From: Polyangiaceae bacterium
GTDB lineage: Bacteria; Myxococcota_A; Polyangia; Polyangiales; Polyangiaceae
Reading direction: 5' to 3'
Length of the DNA stretch: 64,000 nucleotides
NCBI GenBank assembly: GCA_044376115.1
Contig: JBILLK010000002.1
Coordinates: 421,673 to 485,672, forward strand
Of the stretch, positions 49,035-57,491 are shown one piece after another. Made by a program: the position numbers and the translations under genes. Under the pieces are notes generated by a model. It was not told where the DNA came from, searched no databases, and saw nothing but the letters and a program-made list of their open reading frames with translations. Positions within the stretch are counted from its first letter, which is position 1. The number at the start of each line of letters is the position of its first letter.

Positions 49035-49987
49035 AGCCTTCGTTTGAAGGGCGCGGCTCCGGCAAGGTGATCCTATTTGGGGAGCACGCGGTGGTCTACG
49101 GCGTGCCCGGCATCGCCGCTGGTATCGAACGTGGCGCCGTCGCTCAGGTGACTCAGACGGGAGAGCGTTCCACCCTTCGACTCGGTAACAGCGAGGTCCA
49201 CTCTGACGACCTCTCGAGCGACCTCGCACGCTCTTTCGCTGCGTTGCTTGCGCCCGAAGGCGCGCCGCTCTTGGTGACCGCCCGCGCCGACATTCCACCG
49301 GGAGGCGGGCTCGGCTGTTCGGCCGCACTCGGAGTGGCGATCGCGCGCTCGGTGCTGCTCGCAAACAATGCAAGCGACGAACAGGCTGTATTCGAGCGCG
49401 CGATGGCCTGGGAGCGCGTGTACCACGGCAACCCCTCCGGCATCGACACAGCGGCGGCGTTGCTCGGGACGTTCTTGCGCTACGAACGCGGTCACAAGCC
49501 GACCGAGCTCGCAACAGCGAAGGATCTTTGGCTCGCCGTTGGGTACTCCGGCAAGAGCGCCTCGACCAAGACGATGGTCGAGGGCATCGCCGAGCTGCAG
49601 CACTCGGCGCCGGCGCTTCATCGGCATTTTCTCGAAGGCGTGAGCGCGCTGGTCGAGCAAGCCGAGCGCTGTTTGGCAGCGACCGAAGAGGACGAGCTCG
49701 GAGCCCTGTTCGATCAGAACCAACAGCTTCTACGTGAGGTCCAGCTTTCCACCGAAGCCATCGACGAGATGTGCAGCGCGGGGCGCGAGGCTGGCGCCAA
49801 GGGCGTCAAACTCACCGGCTCTGGCGGAGGTGGCAGCGTGATCGCCCTCGCTGGCTTTTGCGCGCCGAACGAAGCCGACTCTTCGGCAGCCGAGCAAGCG
49901 CAACGCATCGCCGACGCGTGGTCCGCACGCGGGTATCTCTCCTTCCCCACCCGAATTCGAGCGCGTCAATCTGGGAGCAACGTGTGA
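49031..49987 (+). CDS. mvk: Mevalonate kinase
   Basis: KVILFGEHAVVYG, PPGGGLGCSAA, HGNPSGID, KLTGSGGGG. Confidence 0.92.
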   Translation: MKPSFEGRGSGKVILFGEHAVVYGVPGIAAGIERGAVAQVTQTGERSTLRLGNSEVHSDDLSSDLARSFAALLAPEGAPLLVTARADIPPGGGLGCSAALGVAIARSVLLANNASDEQAVFERAMAWERVYHGNPSGIDTAAALLGTFLRYERGHKPTELATAKDLWLAVGYSGKSASTKTMVEGIAELQHSAPALHRHFLEGVSALVEQAERCLAATEEDELGALFDQNQQLLREVQLSTEAIDEMCSAGREAGAKGVKLTGSGGGGSVIALAGFCAPNEADSSAAEQAQRIADAWSARGYLSFPTRIRARQSGSNV

Positions 49988-50991
49988 CCGACCAAGCCAA
50001 TTCCGCGAGCAAGACAGCGACCGCCATCGCTCATCCAAACATCGCCCTTTCCAAGTATTGGGGCAAGCAGACCTTCGGTCACAACCTGCCCGCGGTGCCC
50101 AGCCTTTCGCTGACGCTGCGTGGCATGCAAACCAAAACCACCGTGGCCTTTGACGCGGCGTTCGCTGGAGACGCATTCGAGTTGAACGGGCAGCCCGCTG
50201 AGGGCGTGGTCTTGCAGCGCGTGACGCAAATGCTCGACCGCGTTCGTTCGCTCGCGGGCTCAACGGAGCGTGCTCGCGTGGTCTCGTCGAACGACTTCCC
50301 AACGGCCTCCGGGCTGGCTTCGAGCGCGTCCGCGTTTGCTGCGCTGGCAACGGCTGCTACGCACGCGCTGGGGCTGCAGCTTTCGCGTGAGGTGCTCTCG
50401 GACCTGGCCCGACGAATCAGCGTCTCGGCCGCGCGCTCGCTATTTGGCGGCTTCGTCGAGCTGCGCGCAGGCGTCCCCTCCGATGAACAACTCTCCGCCA
50501 ACGAGGTCGCCGGGCCCGACTTTTGGGACGTGGCGATCGTCGTAGCCGTCACGCGAGAAGGTGCGAAGGACGTCGGCTCAAGCGACGGTATGAAGCACAC
50601 CCGAGACACCAGCCCTTATTACCAAGCGTGGGTGGACTCCGCGCCAGCGACCTTCGCTCATCTGCGAGCGGGCTTACTCGAGCGCGATCTGACCAAGATG
50701 GGTCCCGCGATCGAGCAGAGCGCCTTGTCGATGCACGCCGGCGCACTCGCGGCGAACCCGGCCATTCTTTACTTCAGCGGCGCCACGGTGGAGGTGATTC
50801 ACGCCGTTCGAAAGATGCGCGCGAGCGGCCTCGAGGGCTACTTGACGATCGACGCTGGGCCTCACGTAAAAGTCTTTACGCGTGGAGCAGACGCCGAGCG
50901 CGTGGCCGCCTACCTCGCCTCGGTTCCGGGCGTGCTCCGAACCATCACCGCCCGGCCTGGAGCCGGAGCCACAGCGGTCGCGAACGGATGA
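49984..50991 (+). CDS. mvaD: Diphosphomevalonate decarboxylase
   Basis: NIALSKYWGK, FPTASGLASSAS, SAARS, TIDAGPHV. Confidence 0.93.
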   Translation: MTDQANSASKTATAIAHPNIALSKYWGKQTFGHNLPAVPSLSLTLRGMQTKTTVAFDAAFAGDAFELNGQPAEGVVLQRVTQMLDRVRSLAGSTERARVVSSNDFPTASGLASSASAFAALATAATHALGLQLSREVLSDLARRISVSAARSLFGGFVELRAGVPSDEQLSANEVAGPDFWDVAIVVAVTREGAKDVGSSDGMKHTRDTSPYYQAWVDSAPATFAHLRAGLLERDLTKMGPAIEQSALSMHAGALAANPAILYFSGATVEVIHAVRKMRASGLEGYLTIDAGPHVKVFTRGADAERVAAYLASVPGVLRTITARPGAGATAVANG

Positions 50992-51932
50992 CTCGCGCGC
51001 GCGCCCCCGGGAAGTTGGTGCTCTCCGGCGCCTACAGCGTGCTTTACGGCGCGCCGGCGCTGGTGACCACGGTCTCACGCTTTGCGTACGCCGACAGCGA
51101 GGGCGAGGCCGTTCACGTCTCGGAAGAGGTGCGTTGCGCCGTTGACCGCGGCCTGCTCGTGAAGCCCTTTCGGGTCAACGCAGACGAGCTCCGAACCGCC
51201 GACGGTCACGGCGGAAGCCGCAAACTCGGACTTGGTTCGAGCTCGGCGATCTTGTTGGCGAGCTTGCTGGCCGGTGACTCTTCGCGCGCCGCACCGGCTC
51301 GAAGGGAGGAACTATTTCGCCTGGCGTTGCAGCTCCATCGGGCTGCGCAGGGCGGTGGAAGCGGCGCTGACGTTGCAGCCAGCACCTTCGGCGGAACGCT
51401 GGTTCTTCGAAGAGCAACGTCGGCCGAGGAGCTCCCGGCGGTCGAACCGTTCCAACTTCCGAGCGATAGCATCGTGCGCGTTTTTGCCGCGCGCGACAGC
51501 GCCGTAACCGCGGCGTTCGTCGCAAAGGTGAAGGCGTATGGCGAGGCCGAACCCGAGCCGTTCAGCGCGCTGATGAAGTCAGCCGTCGCAGCCGCTGAAC
51601 GGGCGCGCGCGGCACGACAAGCCATTGAGCTGACCGACGCCCTACGCGCGCAGTTCGCCGTCTTGGGCGAGCTTGGGGATCTGGCTGGGGTTGGCATCGT
51701 TACACCCGAGGTTCGAGAACTCGGAGCGGCTGCGATTCGTGAAGGAGCGGCACTCGGTCCAAGCGGTGCAGGAGGTGGGGACGTCGCATTTTTTCATTCG
51801 CAACGAGAGCCGTCGCCGGAGCTCATCGCATCCGCCCAAGCGCTTGGCTATGAGCTGCTCGAGCTCGACGTAGGGGCCCCTGGCGCGAGCGTTTGGTCAG
51901 GCGAAGTGAACGCCCCGCGAGGTGTTTGGTGA
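50988..51932 (+). CDS. Phosphomevalonate kinase (GHMP)
   Basis: APGKLVLSGAY.VL, KLGLGSS, GSGADVAAS, PSGAGGGD; operon position. Confidence 0.82.
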   Translation: MTRARAPGKLVLSGAYSVLYGAPALVTTVSRFAYADSEGEAVHVSEEVRCAVDRGLLVKPFRVNADELRTADGHGGSRKLGLGSSSAILLASLLAGDSSRAAPARREELFRLALQLHRAAQGGGSGADVAASTFGGTLVLRRATSAEELPAVEPFQLPSDSIVRVFAARDSAVTAAFVAKVKAYGEAEPEPFSALMKSAVAAAERARAARQAIELTDALRAQFAVLGELGDLAGVGIVTPEVRELGAAAIREGAALGPSGAGGGDVAFFHSQREPSPELIASAQALGYELLELDVGAPGASVWSGEVNAPRGVW

Positions 51933-52987
51933 ACCGCTCATTGCTCGTCGCTGCGACCTTTTCGACGCTCGCCGCTTGCACCCCGCTGACAGTGAAGCGC
52001 GCTGCTTTCGGCTCGACCTACGAGGGCCGCTACATCCCTGCCCGCGCCTACGAAGCCTACGCGCGCGGCGTTGTCGCGGAGCGTGATGGCGCGATGAACG
52101 AAGCCCTTTCCGCCTACGAAGAGGCTGCGCGCTTGGACCCGGATGGCGCAGAGCCGTTGACTCGTATCGCTGCCGTGCACTGCTCGACCAAGCGTGTACC
52201 CGAGGGGCTCGCGGCACTCGAGCAAGCGAAGGAACTCGCACCTTCGTTCGCAGCTGTGCATCGCGAGGGTGCGCGTTGTCAACTGCTCGCCAACGAGCCT
52301 CAGCTGGCGCTGGCCGAGGCTGAACTCGCGTTGGTACTAGCCCCGGAAGACACCGAGGTCATTGAGCTGTTGGTGCGCGTGCTCGATCAACTGAAGCAAA
52401 CAGATCGTGGCGACGCGCTGCTCGTCGCCACGTGTATCGCTCGCAGTGACGGCGGAATGTGTCGCGTGCTCGAGCGGCGCGCAAAGGAGGCAGGCAAACC
52501 CGCCCTTGCGCGAGTCGCGGCGGCAAAGCCCGAGCGTTCCTCACGACCGACCAAAGAGACGTTGTTAACGGTCGACACCGCGCTCCGCGCGGGAGACCTG
52601 AAGCTGGCTCGTTCACGAGCGCTCCGTGCTGGTCTCGCGCAAGGGGAACTTGCGCTGCGTGCCCTCGCTCTTTCACGAGCCGATCTCGCGCTGGAACAAG
52701 CGAGGCTCGTGGCGCTCGCTTCGCCCGATGACGTCGCGGCCCGCATCGCTTGGATGCTGGCGAGCGGAGCCGACCAAAAGCAACTCGAAGAAGCCATGCA
52801 GGCGTCGTCTTCGCCAGAGGCGCTATCGCCGTTGGGCGAGCTGCTGCTCTACGAGTGGCTCACGATCCGAGTTGGCAAGCTGTTAACGCTTGCGCCTCCT
52901 CGCGTGGCGCCTTCCGAAGACGCTCTGCTCGAGAGCGTCAACAAACGCGTCAGCGCGCTATTCGAGGATCAGCGAAGCCGGAAGTAA
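51929..52987 (+). CDS. TPR lipoprotein
   Basis: GTGA overlap with the PMK gene; lipobox LAAC; TPR helices. Confidence 0.7.
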   Translation: MNRSLLVAATFSTLAACTPLTVKRAAFGSTYEGRYIPARAYEAYARGVVAERDGAMNEALSAYEEAARLDPDGAEPLTRIAAVHCSTKRVPEGLAALEQAKELAPSFAAVHREGARCQLLANEPQLALAEAELALVLAPEDTEVIELLVRVLDQLKQTDRGDALLVATCIARSDGGMCRVLERRAKEAGKPALARVAAAKPERSSRPTKETLLTVDTALRAGDLKLARSRALRAGLAQGELALRALALSRADLALEQARLVALASPDDVAARIAWMLASGADQKQLEEAMQASSSPEALSPLGELLLYEWLTIRVGKLLTLAPPRVAPSEDALLESVNKRVSALFEDQRSRK

Positions 52988-53021
52988 CGCAGGCCCCTGC
53001 GCGCTCGTGGGACCCGCGGCC

Positions 53022-53099
53022 GCTCAATGCGGTTGCGACGTTGGCTTGCTCGGTGCGGTTGCGACGTTGGCTTGCTCAGTGCGGTTGCGACGTTGGCTT
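53022..53099. repeat. Tandem array of 3 x 26 bp (GCTCRRTGCGGTTGCGACGTTGGCTT)
   Basis: Units at 53022, 53048, 53074; the last contains the 3' end of the minus-strand CDS. Confidence 0.9.
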
Positions 53100-54092
53100 G
53101 GCCGACGGACGGGAACCCGCCGAAGGCCCTGCCGAAGCCGAGACCGCGGGCGCTGCGGAGGCAGCACCCGCGGTCACCGGTGCAGCACTCGACGACACGG
53201 TTCCTTCAGCTGCCTTGCGCTCAAACGGGCCAGCCGTGGGCTTCTCGAGCTTGTCCTGCGACGCGTCGTAGACCAGCTCGAAGTCGCGGACGTTTTCCCC
53301 CTCGGCGATCACGATCTTTAGGGCCTCGTCCGGCGTTCCTTTGATCAAGCCAGGCAGCACGACGTTGACCTCTACGGAGCCGACCGGGATCCCCTCGATG
53401 ACGTACTGCCCCTCAGCATCCGTTACGTCGTGCGTCGGAAACTTCAGCACGAGTACGCGGGCCTGCAAGAACGGCTTGGCCTGGAAATCACGTAGCACGT
53501 AGTTGAGAGCGGGCTGGGTCGGGTAGAGCTTGATCGGCGCGCCCTGCGGTAACGCAACCATCACCGAGCGATACGACGCCCCATCCAGGAACGGAGTGTA
53601 GGAGCCGAGATGATCGAGGTTTTGGATCTCGAGCCGCTGTCCGAACGTCGCTGAGTAGAGACGCTGGTCGAACGTACACGCCTTTAGCGTGACCGGGACG
53701 ACGGGGGCCTTGGGCGGGACGAAGGCGTCGTAGCCAGTCACGCTGACGAGCGCGTCCGCGAGAACGCCACCAGCGCCTTTGCGGAATGTCCGCCCGTACA
53801 TCGCTGGGGCTTCCGGACAATCGGCGGGGAACGACCATTCCGAGCTCGGAAACTCATCACCACGAATGGTGACCTTCCCGCGAAGCGTGCCGACCTTCCC
53901 CGCATAGGGAGCCCGACCCGACGAGTTGATCACCTTCTCCACCTCGGCTTGAGTCCGAGGGATGCCGAGCCAGGCCGGAGGCGGCGCCGAAGCCGAGGCG
54001 GAGGCGCCAGAATTGACGGAACCCGCGCTGTCCCCGCAAGCCGTAGCTAGCAGGACAGCGCCGCAAACCCCGAGTACCGCTCTCAACCTCAT
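53076..54092 (-). CDS. Lipoprotein with carboxypeptidase-regulatory-like/prealbumin-like domains
   Basis: Lipobox ATAC; GTLRGKV, C.F, VTD.EG.Y.IEGIPVG; 9 bp downstream of nuoN. Confidence 0.7.
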   Translation of the reverse strand: MRLRAVLGVCGAVLLATACGDSAGSVNSGASASASAPPPAWLGIPRTQAEVEKVINSSGRAPYAGKVGTLRGKVTIRGDEFPSSEWSFPADCPEAPAMYGRTFRKGAGGVLADALVSVTGYDAFVPPKAPVVPVTLKACTFDQRLYSATFGQRLEIQNLDHLGSYTPFLDGASYRSVMVALPQGAPIKLYPTQPALNYVLRDFQAKPFLQARVLVLKFPTHDVTDAEGQYVIEGIPVGSVEVNVVLPGLIKGTPDEALKIVIAEGENVRDFELVYDASQDKLEKPTAGPFERKAAEGTVSSSAAPVTAGAASAAPAVSASAGPSAGSRPSAKPTSQPH

Positions 54093-54101
54093 CTCCCTGA
54101 C

Positions 54102-55625
54102 TTAGATGAGGGCAGCCTTCAGAGCCATCCCGAGCGATGAGCCAGGCATCAAGCCAACGCCAACCACAAAGATGGCCGCGAGCACGAGCGCAGCAGTGAC
54201 GTAGCCGCTCTTCATCGGCACCGCTACCGGAGCACCAGCCATCGGCTCGCGCATGTACATGTAAACGAGTACACGTAGGTAGTAGTAGGCCGCGAGAACG
54301 CTGTTGAGGAGGAGCAGCACCGAGAGCAGGTTAAGTTCAGCTCCGATGGCAGCCTTCACGATGTACAGCTTGCCAAAGAACCCGGCGGTCGGCGGCATGC
54401 CAGCGAGTGAAAGGAGAAAGAGCGTGAAAGCTGCGGCAGCCGCCGGATGACGCTTCCCGATCCCTGCCAAGTCCTCGTAGCTGACAGCCTCTTTGCCTCG
54501 GCTGCCACAGAGCACGAGCGCTCCAAACGCACCGGCCGTGGAGAAGGTGTAGGTCAAGAGATAGAAGAGCACGCTCCCCTGACCGTCCACGTTCGCACGC
54601 ACCGTCGAGGCAACACCCACCATCACGTAACCAGCGTGCGCGATGCTTGAGTAGGCCAGCATGCGCTTCACCGACTCCTGACGGCCCGCGACGAGGTTCG
54701 CAACGGTCATCGTCATCACGGCCAAGGTCGCGACCACCGGCGGCCAACCCGAGCCCCAGCTCATCGACGCCGGATCACTCAAACCACCAAGGAGCACGCG
54801 CAGCATCATCGCGAAGGCGGCGCTCTTGACGCTCACTGCCATGAAGGTGGTCGCCGGAGTGGGCGCCCCTTCATAGGCATCCGGAGCCCACATGTGGAAG
54901 GGCACGGCGCTCACCTTGAAGGCCATACCGGCAAGCATGAGCACCGTTCCAACGATCACGAGCGCGAGCTTCCCCGAGGCAGCGGGCACTGCAGCGTTGC
55001 TTGCGAGAGCCACGATGCCTGCTCGAATCCCGGCAAGATCCGTGTGGCCGGTTGCGCCGTACAGAAGTGCCCCGCCGTAGACGGTGAGCGCCGCTGCAAA
55101 AGAGCCAAGCAGAAAGTACTTTACCGCCGCCTCGGTGCTGCGCGGCGAACCACGACGGAACCCGGTAAGGCAGTAAACGCCGAGCGACATCGTCTCGAGC
55201 GCAACGAACAGCGCGAGCAGATCGGCCGCTGCCACCAGTGCAATGGCTCCGACGACACTGAAGGTGATGAGCGGGTAGAACTCGCCTCGCTCGAGCCGGT
55301 GCTCAGGGAGGTAGCCGCCGGCGAGCAACGCGGAGAGACCACCGCCCGCGGCAAGCACCATTGTGAAGAACAGCGTGAAGCGGTCGAGCACGAAGTACGG
55401 AGCGAGGGACTTCACGACGACGAGGTTTTCAGGCCCGTAGAGCCATACGGCCATCGCTGCCACAGCCCCCGCGAACAGGGTTATGGCTGTTCCCAACGCA
55501 ACACCGCTAGAGTCGCTGTCCCCTTCAGCCCGCTTTGGGCCGATGGACTCGGTGAGCATGAGGAGTGTCCCGCCGAGCACGATCACGAGGATCGGCGAGA
55601 GCGCAAGAAGCAACTCGAACGTCAC
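54102..55625 (-). CDS. nuoN: NADH-quinone oxidoreductase subunit N
   Basis: EAAVKYFLLG, FKVSAVPFHMWAPDAYEGAP, KRMLAYSSIAHAGY; GTGA overlap with nuoM. Confidence 0.95.
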   Translation of the reverse strand: MTFELLLALSPILVIVLGGTLLMLTESIGPKRAEGDSDSSGVALGTAITLFAGAVAAMAVWLYGPENLVVVKSLAPYFVLDRFTLFFTMVLAAGGGLSALLAGGYLPEHRLERGEFYPLITFSVVGAIALVAAADLLALFVALETMSLGVYCLTGFRRGSPRSTEAAVKYFLLGSFAAALTVYGGALLYGATGHTDLAGIRAGIVALASNAAVPAASGKLALVIVGTVLMLAGMAFKVSAVPFHMWAPDAYEGAPTPATTFMAVSVKSAAFAMMLRVLLGGLSDPASMSWGSGWPPVVATLAVMTMTVANLVAGRQESVKRMLAYSSIAHAGYVMVGVASTVRANVDGQGSVLFYLLTYTFSTAGAFGALVLCGSRGKEAVSYEDLAGIGKRHPAAAAAFTLFLLSLAGMPPTAGFFGKLYIVKAAIGAELNLLSVLLLLNSVLAAYYYLRVLVYMYMREPMAGAPVAVPMKSGYVTAALVLAAIFVVGVGLMPGSSLGMALKAALI

Positions 55626-57490
55626 TGGGCACCTGCCTTGGGCTCTAGCACTCGCGGAGCCGCAACCGGTTGGCCCGCAGCTGCTGGAGCGGCCGCAAGC
55701 ACATTGGGTTCTTCGGGAGCTTCCCACTCCGGAGCCCCCTCCAGGAATGGCGAGGGAATCACACCCTCAGGAAGCATTTTCGCAAGGTTGTCATCCGAGT
55801 AGCGCACCAGCGCACCAGACACGACCCGGAGGTGGTTGCCGAGTTGGTCCACGGCCTTCTCGCTTCGGTTCAGGAACAGGTTCGGGAAGAAGCCGATCAC
55901 GAAAATCATCACGATGAACGGCGCGACTGCCAAGGTCTCCCGCGGGCTGATGTCGGACAGGCCTCGGTTCTCCTTCGACAGCTTGCCGAAGAAGACTCGT
56001 TGCACCACCGAGAGCATGTAGACCGCAGCGAGAATGACGCCGAACGCCGCGCCCACTGCATGTACCCCCGAGAAGTTCCCGAGCAGGTCCGAGCTGTAGG
56101 TGCCCATGATGACCATGAACTCGCCGGTGAAGCCGTTGGTGCCAGGCACACCGACCGAGGCGAAGGTCGCGATCAGAAACAGCGTGGTGTAGACGGGCAT
56201 GACCTTGGCGATACCGCCGTAGTCTTTGATCATGCGCGTGTGCTTCCGATCGTAGACCACGCCAACCAGGAGGAAGAGCGCGCCCGTGGAGATGCCGTGA
56301 TTCACCATCTGAATCACAGCGCCCTGCATGCCACCGGTGGTTCCTCCGAAGAGGCCGAGCATGATGTAGCCAAGGTGAGCCACCGACGAATAGGCGATGA
56401 GCTTCTTGATATCGTCCTGCTTCCAGGCGACCAATGCCGCGTAGACGATGCCGCCAAGGATGGCGATACCAGCGAGGTTAGGCCCGAAGCTAACAGCCTG
56501 CGTTGGGAACAGCACCATGCTGAAGCGCATGTATGCGTACGTGCCTAGCTTCAGCATTACGGCGGCGAGGATCACGGAGCCACCGGTTGGTGCTTGAACG
56601 TGCGCGTCAGGCAACCAAGTGTGAACCGGCCACATCGGCACCTTGATGAAGAAGGCGATCGAGAAGGCCCAGAAGCACATGGTCTGCATGTTCTTCGGCA
56701 GCACGACCCGCACGAGTGACAGGTAGTCAAAGCTGTAATTGCCGGTGAGCTTCTGGTGGGTCCAGACCAGGTACACGATGGCTGCGAGCATCAGCACGCT
56801 GCCAAACATCGTGTAGAGGAAGAACTTGATCGCCGCCTTGATCTTATCGGTGCCACCCCAGATGCCGATCATCAGGTACATCGGCACCAGCATCAGCTCC
56901 CAGAACACGTAGAAGAGGAACAGATCGAGCGAAACGAACGCGCCGATCATCGCGCCCTGAAGAAACAGGAAGGCGAAGCAAAGCTCCTTCACGCGAGTCT
57001 TGATGGAGCCAAACGAGGCAAAGGCCGCAATGGGAGTGGTGAAAGTCGTCAGCAGAACCAGCCACAGGCTGATACCGTCGACGGCGACGTGGTAGCGGAT
57101 GCCAAGCGCTGGGATCCACTCCTTGATGTGCTGAAAGTGCCAGCCCACCGTCATGTTCGCTTCCAGAAGCCACAGCGATGCGACGAAGGTCACCGCCATT
57201 GAAGCGTAGGTGAAGTAGCGCAGGCCAACGAGCCCTTGGCGGGGAAAGAATAGAACCGCGACGCTCGACACGATGGGCGTGAAGACCAACAGCGTGAGCA
57301 GGTACGGCCACTCGGTGGGCTTCGCGTTGACCGCCGCCGACGACGGATCGGGCCAAAGGCTGACCACCAACCAGAGAGTCGCCGCGAGGATCGCCCCGAG
57401 ACCAAAACGTTGCTTGGTGTTCTTGCCGGTGGGTGTAACCGCACCGACTGCAAACGCCGCGACCATGCCCAAAAGAAGTGAGGGGCTCAT
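55622..57490 (-). CDS. nuoM: NADH-quinone oxidoreductase subunit M (extended)
   Basis: FYVFWELML, KVPMWPVHTWLPDAHVQAPT, KKLIAYSSVAH. Confidence 0.95.
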   Translation of the reverse strand: MSPSLLLGMVAAFAVGAVTPTGKNTKQRFGLGAILAATLWLVVSLWPDPSSAAVNAKPTEWPYLLTLLVFTPIVSSVAVLFFPRQGLVGLRYFTYASMAVTFVASLWLLEANMTVGWHFQHIKEWIPALGIRYHVAVDGISLWLVLLTTFTTPIAAFASFGSIKTRVKELCFAFLFLQGAMIGAFVSLDLFLFYVFWELMLVPMYLMIGIWGGTDKIKAAIKFFLYTMFGSVLMLAAIVYLVWTHQKLTGNYSFDYLSLVRVVLPKNMQTMCFWAFSIAFFIKVPMWPVHTWLPDAHVQAPTGGSVILAAVMLKLGTYAYMRFSMVLFPTQAVSFGPNLAGIAILGGIVYAALVAWKQDDIKKLIAYSSVAHLGYIMLGLFGGTTGGMQGAVIQMVNHGISTGALFLLVGVVYDRKHTRMIKDYGGIAKVMPVYTTLFLIATFASVGVPGTNGFTGEFMVIMGTYSSDLLGNFSGVHAVGAAFGVILAAVYMLSVVQRVFFGKLSKENRGLSDISPRETLAVAPFIVMIFVIGFFPNLFLNRSEKAVDQLGNHLRVVSGALVRYSDDNLAKMLPEGVIPSPFLEGAPEWEAPEEPNVLAAAPAAAGQPVAAPRVLEPKAGAQ

Positions 57491-57491
57491 T

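Noticed and set aside
48917..51932. Long 5' overlaps in the ORF track for mvk, mvaD and pmk (also nuoN, mlaF, mutY)
   Set aside because: Internal starts give clean 4-bp stop/start overlaps or normal family N-termini, so the extensions are artefacts of longest-ORF calling
41785..52987. Terpene or secondary-metabolite gene cluster
   Set aside because: No cyclase, phytoene/squalene synthase, PKS or NRPS; the genes fit primary isoprenoid and lipid metabolism
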